From sequence record OZ035750.1: 64,000 nucleotides of DNA; one strand, 5' to 3'. A model generated the notes under the pieces. The model worked only from the letters and a program-made list of their open reading frames with translations, was not told where the DNA came from and made no database searches. Source of the stretch: Gamaleyavirus NAN33P5. Below, piece after piece: positions 41,586-50,351 of this stretch. A program made the translations under genes and the position numbers. Positions within the stretch are counted from its first letter, which is position 1. Every line of letters starts with the position of its first letter.

Positions 41586-41986
41586 GTGTATGTTTTACAA
41601 TGGTTTTTGTACTCATACTCAATCTTCTTCCACTTACGCATGAAGGAAGGTCTTTCATTACTGTAAACCCAATCGGTACAGGATTCTTCCAACTTAACTA
41701 CTTCACCGCTATCCCCATAATCAAGGTAAGCTTTAGCAAGTAGACGATTAGCGTAATGAACTAGCTTCTCACAATCATACACTGTAGTGTTTCCAGGTTT
41801 ACCATTACCCATACGGGCAGCAGCATTTCGCCATAGGGCTTTAAAGGCACAACCTTCATCGAAGGTCATGCCCAGTGCTTGGATAATATCCTCACACTCT
41901 GCTTGATATGGCTCTTGCTCTTTCCGTTGGGGATTCTTAATTGAAACTACATAGTAGTTATTAAGACCACCGGAGAGCTTAGTCAT
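41510..41986 (-). CDS. hypothetical protein (DUF3310-like?)
   Basis: 158 aa; 'FKALWRNAAARMGNGKPGN' region loosely resembles DUF3310. Confidence 0.3.
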   Translation of the reverse strand: MTKLSGGLNNYYVVSIKNPQRKEQEPYQAECEDIIQALGMTFDEGCAFKALWRNAAARMGNGKPGNTTVYDCEKLVHYANRLLAKAYLDYGDSGEVVKLEESCTDWVYSNERPSFMRKWKKIEYEYKNHCKTYTCFPRELHFQSIRWADIYRYRITYL

Positions 41987-42291
41987 TATTCCCCCTTGGG
42001 AATCATATTTGCCTGGAACTCTGGTTCAGACATCAGACCCAGGTTATTGATGGACAGATAAACAATGTCTTTCAGGTCAACCGAGGTATCAAAACGCTGG
42101 TCCAGACTAATCTTCAGAGAGTGATTGACACGGGCCAAATCTTTATAAGTCACATGAGGTTCGTCAGTGAGCAGCATTGTATTCATGGTAAGCAGGGAAC
42201 CATCATCAGCTTTAGGAAGCTGGAAGATTACCTGTGCTGCCACCATCCAATGATATTTTTTGACGACGGTTTCTTTAGTACTTTTAGTCAT
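41986..42291 (-). CDS. hypothetical protein
   Basis: 101-aa ORF, start overlaps DNA polymerase stop. Confidence 0.3.
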   Translation of the reverse strand: MTKSTKETVVKKYHWMVAAQVIFQLPKADDGSLLTMNTMLLTDEPHVTYKDLARVNHSLKISLDQRFDTSVDLKDIVYLSINNLGLMSEPEFQANMIPKGE

Positions 42292-44867
42292 GCGAATGCC
42301 TTTTGAATTATTTGATGAACTTCTTCTGGGGTAGCGTGATTTGGAATCTCAATCTCGTTAGCCCACGTTGGGTAGAACAAGGATAGTTCCCCACCCAAAC
42401 CAACTTCTGGATGAGCAATATCAGGATGGTCTTGCCAGTTAACGGCTTCAACCAAGTGCTTGTTCGTGTACTGCAAAGTATCCATGTTGTCACGAATCAT
42501 GAAGTACTGGGCATCGTGAATGTGAATACTAGGACGTATATCTAACCTGAACTCACTGGCTCTGACTTTACGCATAAATTCTGAACCAGCACGGTTATTC
42601 AGAAGACACCAGCTTTGCCCCAAGGCATTACCAGCAGTTCTACCTTCAGCTTCTGCTTCATATGGAGTCTTACATGTCCCACGTAATACCTGAGCCAGTA
42701 AAGGAGTACGCACTCTCAAACCAAATGCAGCAGTTACATAACCAGTCTTGGCAGCTTCATCTAGCTTAGCTTGAACCCACATATCGCTAACTACATAGAG
42801 GTCGTGATAACGTTTCTCCGTTGTTTTAGCTTTCTCTTCCGAGAAGCCACAGTTTTTCATCAAGCCCATATATGTGCCACCATAGGTAAGCAAGAATGTT
42901 GGGGCTTTAGAATCACTACGCAAGTGCTTGTACTTCGTCTGAATAGAATTAATTGACTCAACTGTGTCTACTATGTCTGGCATCTGCTCACCGAAGTAAG
43001 CATACGCACGTAGACTATGCCCATCATAACCATCGGTATATACCTTAAGTTTCTGGGGGTCTTTAGTAGTCAATGCAGATATTCTGTCTTCCAGCGAGGC
43101 GAAGTCCAAACCGCAAAATATCCAGCCAGGTGGGGCTTCGAAGCATTTCTTAATCTTCTTGGCATATTTAGAACCGGATGGAATTGTTTGTAGATTTGGC
43201 TCTGAAGCCGATAGCCTACCGGAGACTGTGCCTCCCAGATTGAGGTTGCCGAATAGGTAGTGCCAGCCATCCGGCCCCGGTTGGGCATTCCTGAAAGCTG
43301 GTATAAAACTAGTGATAATCTTATCCACGAGCTTATAGTCGATAAGTGCATTGAGCAGTTCCTTAACATCTTCACTCTGCGTATGTGTACGCAGTGCTTT
43401 AATAGTGTCACCGTCAGTAGCAGGTTGCTTGCTCTTAGTAAGACCAAGAACCGGTAAGCCAATATAATCAAATAACAGTTTCTGTAATTGTGGACCGGAG
43501 TTAGGATTAAACTCGATGTCACAATCAGCCAGTGTTACCTGCTTTTTCTTAAGCTTAGCATTCTTATCGTCTACCCATTCCTGACGAAGCATCAGGGTGA
43601 AATTCTTCATGAGCTTAGACTCATGAATAGTTTTCAGAGCCTGGTTCCTGTCAGTTTCCATCTCTTCAGCTACTTGGTTAACGGTTTCCATATTCATGGG
43701 CATACCGGTTAACTGCATCTGAATAATGTCTTCACAGGCTGGTTTAAAGATGTTGTTATAAACATCCAGTTGGTCATCAGCAATGAGAGTATCCCAGTGC
43801 TTCTCGTAGGTGTACCACGTACACAAACCATCAATGAGGTTGTAGCGTAACAGTTGCTCATTAGGAATAAGACGAATGTCTTTAATATCATCCTGAGCAT
43901 AGTTACCAGCATACTCCTGAGCCTGGTCTTTCAGACTAAGGTGATTTCCAGCACAACTGTTAGTAGCCAGGTAGGTAATTAACTTAGTACAGTCCCAATT
44001 GCGTAGCATGATGTCCATGCCATGCAGCAAGCCTTCCGTATCAATCAGGTTATCCATGAATAGCTGATAGATAAGTATGTACACGTCATAGCTAATGTTG
44101 TGATACATCTGCCGTTGAGTGTACTTAATGAAGAACTCACGTAATAGGTTACGAACAACATCGTTCCTGTTAATACGCCCATAGGGTGCTTCAGTAGCCC
44201 CCTTAATTGGCTCGTAGTCCACATTAAAGGCTATGCCTTGTGTCTTACTCCAACAGAACGTAATCGTTCCTATACCTGCGTTATAGTGCTTTAAACCGAA
44301 TGATTCGATGTCTATAGCCAGAGGCTTATTCATCTCAAGCAACTGGTCTAACCAGGCTTTAATCTTTTCTGGTGTATCTGGGTAGGCTTCAAACTCAATT
44401 ATTCCCTGTCCTGGTTCAGCATACTGCCCACGAATGTGGTTAAGTAATGCATCCATACCCTGAGCAATTTTGGCTTTCACTACAGGTGGGTCGTAAAAGA
44501 CCTGTCTGTAGCTAGGTGTATAGATAACCTTCTGTTTACCCCATACTGAATCACAAACATAGCCGAGGTTAGCCTCTGCTTTAGCTTCTTTAGTCAGTAT
44601 TTTGAAGTAGTCAGAATCTGTACAGATAATGTACTGAGTCTCTGCATCATCCAGTACTTGTTGCAGTTCCTGCTGTATGAACTCTTTAATCTCCCTTACA
44701 GGAGTTTTCTTCTTGCCGGGGGCGGAATGAAGTTCAAGGAATATGAAATCTTCCATGCTTAGGTCATAAGGCAGCAGGTAGGTTTTAATCATCTCCTCCC
44801 TTCGGATTTGATGACCGAGGATAGCAATAGGATACTTACCAGTATCCTGAGAGGTGATGTAACGCAT
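42288..44867 (-). CDS. DNA polymerase, family A, with 3'-5' exonuclease domain
   Basis: 859 aa; Exo I 'LAIDIESFG', pol motif A 'GLDFASLEDR', motif B 'RSDSKAPTFLLTYG', motif C 'IHIHDAQ'. Confidence 0.9.
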   Translation of the reverse strand: MRYITSQDTGKYPIAILGHQIRREEMIKTYLLPYDLSMEDFIFLELHSAPGKKKTPVREIKEFIQQELQQVLDDAETQYIICTDSDYFKILTKEAKAEANLGYVCDSVWGKQKVIYTPSYRQVFYDPPVVKAKIAQGMDALLNHIRGQYAEPGQGIIEFEAYPDTPEKIKAWLDQLLEMNKPLAIDIESFGLKHYNAGIGTITFCWSKTQGIAFNVDYEPIKGATEAPYGRINRNDVVRNLLREFFIKYTQRQMYHNISYDVYILIYQLFMDNLIDTEGLLHGMDIMLRNWDCTKLITYLATNSCAGNHLSLKDQAQEYAGNYAQDDIKDIRLIPNEQLLRYNLIDGLCTWYTYEKHWDTLIADDQLDVYNNIFKPACEDIIQMQLTGMPMNMETVNQVAEEMETDRNQALKTIHESKLMKNFTLMLRQEWVDDKNAKLKKKQVTLADCDIEFNPNSGPQLQKLLFDYIGLPVLGLTKSKQPATDGDTIKALRTHTQSEDVKELLNALIDYKLVDKIITSFIPAFRNAQPGPDGWHYLFGNLNLGGTVSGRLSASEPNLQTIPSGSKYAKKIKKCFEAPPGWIFCGLDFASLEDRISALTTKDPQKLKVYTDGYDGHSLRAYAYFGEQMPDIVDTVESINSIQTKYKHLRSDSKAPTFLLTYGGTYMGLMKNCGFSEEKAKTTEKRYHDLYVVSDMWVQAKLDEAAKTGYVTAAFGLRVRTPLLAQVLRGTCKTPYEAEAEGRTAGNALGQSWCLLNNRAGSEFMRKVRASEFRLDIRPSIHIHDAQYFMIRDNMDTLQYTNKHLVEAVNWQDHPDIAHPEVGLGGELSLFYPTWANEIEIPNHATPEEVHQIIQKAFA

Positions 44868-44876
44868 AGCTTTACC

Positions 44877-45407
44877 TTAGAAGATCAGATGTGAAGCTGC
44901 ATAGTACTCAATAGAAGGTAGAATCTTCTCATACTGTTTGATTGCCATAACATCACCAGCAAGAGTCCAAGCTGCTTCACGAGTACGTGGTAGCCCTTTG
45001 TACTGACCAGTCTGGTCTTGAGCTACCAGACATTCAGGTAGAGCATCACGTACATCCTGATAGGACATACAACCGCGAACCAGTCGATATACTGTCTGGT
45101 TCACAAGGTGTACTTCCATAATCAGACGACTGGAGGCTTTCAGATACTTGTCCATTGCAGGCCAAAGTTCTGGATTAAGTGTTAACCGTTCACCGTAGGT
45201 TGGAGGTCTGGTAGCATTAGAACGCTGATAGAACTCTCCTTGGTGAAGGAATCCAGCTGATACATCTACACCATTGATACGGTCATTCTTATCAATGATG
45301 CCGTTTAACACACCATCAAGACGAACCAGTTCTGCTAAGAACAGGTGCTTGACTATCTCGCTGCTATTGGCAACCTGACCAATAGTTGCTGAACCAATCT
45401 GAGGCAT
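44877..45407 (-). CDS. hypothetical protein
   Basis: 176-aa ORF between helicase and polymerase. Confidence 0.35.
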   Translation of the reverse strand: MPQIGSATIGQVANSSEIVKHLFLAELVRLDGVLNGIIDKNDRINGVDVSAGFLHQGEFYQRSNATRPPTYGERLTLNPELWPAMDKYLKASSRLIMEVHLVNQTVYRLVRGCMSYQDVRDALPECLVAQDQTGQYKGLPRTREAAWTLAGDVMAIKQYEKILPSIEYYAASHLIF

Positions 45408-45417
45408 ATGTCCTCCC

Positions 45418-46728
45418 TTAGAAAGTTAGACCACCATACTTACTGGCAAGATTGCCATAGAACACTACACGCTTACGGGCACGAGACACAGCAACATAAA
45501 GCAGGCGGGCAACCATATCAGGTTGGCGACAGCTTGAGAGGTCATTTGCATCAATGAAGATTGTGTCGTAAGTAGAGCCTTGTGATTTATGAACAGTACA
45601 TGCATGTGTAGCACGTAGGTCTGGAATAGTTTCTTTAAGACGGAAGTAAGGTTCCCAGTTCTTCTCTTTACCTAACCACTTAACCAAACGGTTGAAGTAG
45701 TCTGAGTCTGTAGGGACTGGGACTTCACTAACAATACCACCATAACCAAGGTCTAGAGTACTATCACGGACTTCCAGTTCCAGGTCACCTGTAACCTGAA
45801 TCATGCGAGTACTACTATCCTGGTCGATAAGTTTTACTTCTTGCTCAATAGACAGACGGTCTTCCTTCCCTAAGCGAACGGCTGAGTTAGAGACTAGCTG
45901 TTCACCAATGGAGTATTCACCTACATATCCGTTAGCTTCACGAATGTAGTTATTGTAATTAATAACCTGGTCATTGGTGTAAGCGACAATACGGCTATTG
46001 GTAGGCTGAGTGAAGTGACTGAGAACCAGTTTCTCCATCTCTTCACCCTGTACCCAGTCAATAATTCCTGGAATACATTTAATAGGCAGGAAGCCTGTCT
46101 TACCTTCCACCGTATCACGCAATTGCTGGTGCAATGCTTTGAGTTCTGGTGTATCGGTACGCATTTGTTCAGTCAGATAGTGTGTTGGGATATTACCTGC
46201 ATACACTGGAGACTTACTCTCTTTAACAGGCAGAAGCTGAGAAGCATCACCTACGAATACCAGTTTACACTGGTGAGTACCTTCACGAGCATACTTAAGT
46301 AACTGACGGTCAATCATGGATGCTTCATCTACGAAGATAATCTTGTTCTTCTTAATGGTGAATGACTTAGAGGGTACGACATTAGCCTCACCAGTCTTAA
46401 AGTCATTCTTAACAATCAGCCCCTGAAAGGAATGATAGGTAGACGTTGGACGCCCGGTAGCTTGAGCCAGAACTTCAGCAGCTTTGTTCGTGGTCGCTGT
46501 CATGACAACTTCGTTATACAGGGGCTTGGTTCCCATCAGAGAACAGGTTTCCATATATGCAGGCATAGTGTCATCAATAAGGTGCGACATCAGGAATGTC
46601 TTACCAGTTCCTCCAGGTCCACTGATTCCGAACTCTGTGGCATTAGGGTCGAGCAGGAAGTCGAAGAACTCCTTCGCAACCGCTTCTTGCCCCTGGTTCA
46701 ATGGGGCTTTGGTAGGTTTGGAAAACAT
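45418..46728 (-). CDS. SF1 DNA helicase (Dda/RecD-like)
   Basis: 436 aa; Walker A 'GPGGTGKT', Walker B 'IIFVDEASM', motif 'TVHKSQGSTYD'. Confidence 0.8.
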   Translation of the reverse strand: MFSKPTKAPLNQGQEAVAKEFFDFLLDPNATEFGISGPGGTGKTFLMSHLIDDTMPAYMETCSLMGTKPLYNEVVMTATTNKAAEVLAQATGRPTSTYHSFQGLIVKNDFKTGEANVVPSKSFTIKKNKIIFVDEASMIDRQLLKYAREGTHQCKLVFVGDASQLLPVKESKSPVYAGNIPTHYLTEQMRTDTPELKALHQQLRDTVEGKTGFLPIKCIPGIIDWVQGEEMEKLVLSHFTQPTNSRIVAYTNDQVINYNNYIREANGYVGEYSIGEQLVSNSAVRLGKEDRLSIEQEVKLIDQDSSTRMIQVTGDLELEVRDSTLDLGYGGIVSEVPVPTDSDYFNRLVKWLGKEKNWEPYFRLKETIPDLRATHACTVHKSQGSTYDTIFIDANDLSSCRQPDMVARLLYVAVSRARKRVVFYGNLASKYGGLTF

Positions 46729-46739
46729 TTAAATCTCCA

Positions 46740-46765
46740 GTAAAAAACCCTCCGTAGAGGGTTAG
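46740..46765 (-). terminator. intrinsic terminator (minus sense)
   Basis: accctc-cgta-gagggt hairpin with plus-strand A-run = U-tract on minus transcript. Confidence 0.65.
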
Positions 46766-47214
46766 ATGTATGGTTTTAAGTTGGGCTTGGTGTAATGCGG
46801 TCCTTTCATTACTTTCTGATTCTCGTTGAAGATAGGATTACCATCTTCGTCGAACTTGGAATAGTTTGAGCGATTGACTTCAGCCAATGCTCCAGGGACA
46901 TTCATCCCAAGGAAAGTACCGACGCCAGTTGCTGTAACGATCTGGTCTGCCAGAGCATCCAGAAGTTCCTGACGGTCTTCTTCTTGAATGAAGAAACTGT
47001 CTTCTTCCTGCTTCAATAAGTTAGAAATGAAGCGTAAATGTTTACGAGCATCATCTAACTTATTTTTGTAACCAGGGTATTTAGTCTGGAGTACATCCAG
47101 CATTTCCACTACTTCTTCCAGATGGCAACCCATCTGGGTACTGATGTTCTTACTCGTCGGATTCGGTACTGCGATTTCAAACCATTCTTTGGTTTTAGTG
47201 ATAATATCTGACAT
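46762..47214 (-). CDS. putative MazG-like nucleotide pyrophosphohydrolase
   Basis: 150 aa, predicted all-alpha with acidic 'HLEEVVEMLD' segment; assignment by resemblance only. Confidence 0.3.
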   Translation of the reverse strand: MSDIITKTKEWFEIAVPNPTSKNISTQMGCHLEEVVEMLDVLQTKYPGYKNKLDDARKHLRFISNLLKQEEDSFFIQEEDRQELLDALADQIVTATGVGTFLGMNVPGALAEVNRSNYSKFDEDGNPIFNENQKVMKGPHYTKPNLKPYI

Positions 47215-47216
47215 TG

Positions 47217-47687
47217 TTATTTCCCATGATTTGGGTGAAAGTTATAGAGTATTTCAGCGTCTTTCCTGGCTTTTGCAGCCTCATTTAAGTCATCAAATGT
47301 GCCCAAATGCTTTCGTTTACCCTTGATGGTTATACTAGCTAACCAGTTAGAGTCACGTTTATTCCAGCATACGCCTGTTACCCCAGAAGTATTCTTAGGG
47401 GATTTTGCTCTATTCCTATGATTATCTAAGACTGTAACTAATCTTAGATTCTCAATTCTGTTATCCAACTTGTCATGCCATATATGGTCAACCTGCATAC
47501 CTTCCGGTATGGGTCCGTTGTGCATCTCCCAGATTACTCTGTGAACTAAGAAGTTCTCCTGTAGATACTGGAATTTCAGGTAACCACTCCCATTTGGCGA
47601 GCCAACTAAATCTCCTATTTTAGTTCTGTTTCTATGTTTTACAGCCCAGTAGAGCTTTCCTCTACTGGGCTGAATATTTCTTTCCAA
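47217..47687 (-). CDS. free-standing HNH homing endonuclease with AP2-like DNA-binding domain
   Basis: 156 aa; 'HRVIWEMHNG...VDHIWHDKLDNRIENLRLV' HNH motif plus 'SGVTGVCWNKRDSNWLASITIKGKRKHLGTFDDLNEAAKARKDAE' AP2-like domain. Confidence 0.8.
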   Translation of the reverse strand: MERNIQPSRGKLYWAVKHRNRTKIGDLVGSPNGSGYLKFQYLQENFLVHRVIWEMHNGPIPEGMQVDHIWHDKLDNRIENLRLVTVLDNHRNRAKSPKNTSGVTGVCWNKRDSNWLASITIKGKRKHLGTFDDLNEAAKARKDAEILYNFHPNHGK

Positions 47688-47712
47688 TTATGCATTGATA
47701 CCTCTATGGAGA

Positions 47713-48099
47713 TTATTCTTTACCCTCATGTGCACGAAGGTATCGGATATGGGCAGGCAAATCGGTTGCCTGTCTGTTTTTATAGGCATCCAGTAATAGA
47801 TCACGAACAAACTGTCGGATTTCATACTTCGGCCCTAATTGCTCCGCAATCCAATCTACAATTGGAGTAGGCATTGGTGTAAGAACATTCTCCATAAAAG
47901 TTCTGCGAGTGTCCGCTGGTTCTATATTCAATGACCGCAGACGTAGTGTAACCGTAGTGGGGTGAACCCCCAACGTCTTAGCGATAGTTGCGAGGGACAG
48001 ACCAACAGCATTCATACGAATGATGTCTTCATCAGTTGCTTTGCGATTACTTCTGAATACTTTACTCATAGTACATTTCCTCTTCAAATTTACCCTCAC
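47713..48099 (-). CDS. HTH DNA-binding protein
   Basis: 128 aa; 'LSLATIAKTLGVHPTTVTLRL' helix-turn-helix. Confidence 0.4.
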   Translation of the reverse strand: MRVNLKRKCTMSKVFRSNRKATDEDIIRMNAVGLSLATIAKTLGVHPTTVTLRLRSLNIEPADTRRTFMENVLTPMPTPIVDWIAEQLGPKYEIRQFVRDLLLDAYKNRQATDLPAHIRYLRAHEGKE

Positions 48100-48295
48100 T
48101 TTATTATAAGTGAGGGCATTTGAACAGGCTAGGACTGGTTCTTATACCATTCCCCGAACTCTTTCATTGCATCTTCTAAGGACAAGCCTTCGAAGAATTG
48201 ACCAAAGTGCCCGTTGTACATTACACAAATCCTTGTAACGGTTTGCTTTTGGGGTGTGATTACTTCCCGTATATCCACCTTATCAATGCTAACCA

Positions 48296-50347
48296 TTACT
48301 TGGCAGCCTTGACTAGCTTGGTTGCTAACTTAGCTTCTTCTTCAGTCAGACCCATTGCAGTGAATGACTTCTTAGCATGACGCTTATAGTCTTGCAAAGC
48401 ATGGCCTTTCTGATAGTCAGAGTAGGACGTATCGTTCAGGATGCTACGCAGGTTATCAACGTGTTTACCAGATGGTGCTACCTTAGTAGCAGTAGCCGAA
48501 CGGTTAACCTTAGTTTGCTTCACCGGTTTAGGTTTACCGATTGGTTTAGCTGTGTAGGTTGTACGTACATCAGCAATCTTAGATACCACATCGGAACCAA
48601 CACCCAAAGCAGCCCATGGCTTACGAGCCTTACCCCGCATTTCCACAAGTAAATCAGCAGCAGCTAATTTATCTTCTGGAGTAGTAGCGTTAAGGAACTC
48701 TTTGATCAGTTCCTGAATTTGTTCTTTCACAGTAGGAGCCTTATTAACAATAGGTTTAAGGTCAGTAGCCTTCACTGGTTCAGCAGCTAAAGCTTCATTC
48801 AGTGACTCTTCCATATTCAGTGCTTCTTTACTGGCAACTGTACGGAATTGTTCTACAGAACCAGATGAGAGATTAGTGTATTTGAGGTTAGTGCCATAAT
48901 GTCCACCAACCATGACAAGTGTGGTAGGTGAACTATGGTTCCCAACGATGGCATCATTAAGCAACTTCTTACCTACTTCTGTCTTAGACAGGTAGATACC
49001 ACTGTTAACGTTGCAACGTTCCTCTTCCGGTAGTTCAGCAATAATGTGATACGCAGCTACACGCATCTTATTAGTGTTGTACTCAGGAACAGCAAATACA
49101 TCTTCTGGTGCTACTTTACCAAGGATAGTTACGTTACCACCGAAGTGACGGATGTAGCTCATGGATGCTACGTGCAGACCATTAGAGCAGTCTTGTCGAC
49201 GGTCAGGGTCTACCAGGTCTTCTCGTACCTGTACTTTACAGCCTACCCACTGACGGATGTTGCCTGAGTGACAGTCAACGAATACACGTTTACCATTTTC
49301 TTCACCCCTGAACTTAAGGCGTTTCAGGAACAGGATTGAGCCATCATCAGCGATAGGTAGTTCAGCAGTTTCCATGAATTTCATCAGGTCTTCTACTGAG
49401 TGCAGACGGTCTTTAATAACCGGAGCCAGACGCTCAAGGAACTTAGTAAAGCCCTTGTAGTCTTTCAGCTTGGCAGACTGACGCAGATGACGGTGCAGGT
49501 TCTCAACCCCAGGGATAACCCCATTGTTGGTAACAGCAACAACCACTTCATCTTCCTTCACATCAGTGTGGAAGTTAGCATCATCGGTGCTGATAGCACC
49601 TAATGCAGCCAGCTTCTCTGAAGCAGCAGCTAGCTTATCCTGGTTCGTAGTTTTAGCTACTTCCACATAAGGTAGTGGTGTTTCCTCACGGTTGGTAAAT
49701 ACAATGTGTACACCTTTGATGTTCTGAGCTTGTTTAGCAAACTCACCCATTTCATCATCAGATACTGCACGAATTGCAATAGGCCATTCTTGTGCAAGAG
49801 TACGAGCGGTGTGGGCATACCCCCAGCATAGTACGTCGTTAATAAAACGAACCAGTGCAGGATGGTTATGGTCCTTGTCCCAACCAATAACCCACATCAG
49901 ATTGTCACGTTTGTCGTAACAACCATCTGCTACCGTTACTTCTGGTTCATTAGCCTGGACAGCCAGGAAGGTATCCATAGCTTTAGATACTAATGTCTTA
50001 GTAGGATTACCCAGCTTAATATCTGAGACGATACGGGCTGGTTGAACACCTGTACCATCCTTAAAGAACTCTTTGAGTTTAGCTTTAGCTACCTTGAAGA
50101 AACGAACGAATCCGTTGGTGTTCTTCTCTGCTTCCAGATATTCAGTACGTAATTCTACTTCTGGTGCAATGTTTACTTCTATTTGATCATGAGTAGTACC
50201 CAGACCTTTAGTCTGTGCTTCAGACACAATGCGAGCAACCCGTGGGTCGCTCTGAGGATATACAACCGTGGAGCCATCAGGCTTCCACAGCGTGAGGTTT
50301 CGACTGTCAACTGCCAGTGCGATGATAGAAATCAATTCGATTTTCAT
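48296..50347 (-). CDS. rIIB-like protein
   Basis: 683 aa, directly downstream of rIIA-like gene (T4-like rIIA-rIIB order); no motif-level confirmation. Confidence 0.45.
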   Translation of the reverse strand: MKIELISIIALAVDSRNLTLWKPDGSTVVYPQSDPRVARIVSEAQTKGLGTTHDQIEVNIAPEVELRTEYLEAEKNTNGFVRFFKVAKAKLKEFFKDGTGVQPARIVSDIKLGNPTKTLVSKAMDTFLAVQANEPEVTVADGCYDKRDNLMWVIGWDKDHNHPALVRFINDVLCWGYAHTARTLAQEWPIAIRAVSDDEMGEFAKQAQNIKGVHIVFTNREETPLPYVEVAKTTNQDKLAAASEKLAALGAISTDDANFHTDVKEDEVVVAVTNNGVIPGVENLHRHLRQSAKLKDYKGFTKFLERLAPVIKDRLHSVEDLMKFMETAELPIADDGSILFLKRLKFRGEENGKRVFVDCHSGNIRQWVGCKVQVREDLVDPDRRQDCSNGLHVASMSYIRHFGGNVTILGKVAPEDVFAVPEYNTNKMRVAAYHIIAELPEEERCNVNSGIYLSKTEVGKKLLNDAIVGNHSSPTTLVMVGGHYGTNLKYTNLSSGSVEQFRTVASKEALNMEESLNEALAAEPVKATDLKPIVNKAPTVKEQIQELIKEFLNATTPEDKLAAADLLVEMRGKARKPWAALGVGSDVVSKIADVRTTYTAKPIGKPKPVKQTKVNRSATATKVAPSGKHVDNLRSILNDTSYSDYQKGHALQDYKRHAKKSFTAMGLTEEEAKLATKLVKAAK

Positions 50348-50351
50348 CAGA

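Noticed and set aside
42288-44867. Intein or intron in the DNA polymerase gene
   Set aside because: Polymerase motifs (Exo I, A, B, C) occur in a single uninterrupted ORF of normal length; no HNH/LAGLIDADG insert or frame break.
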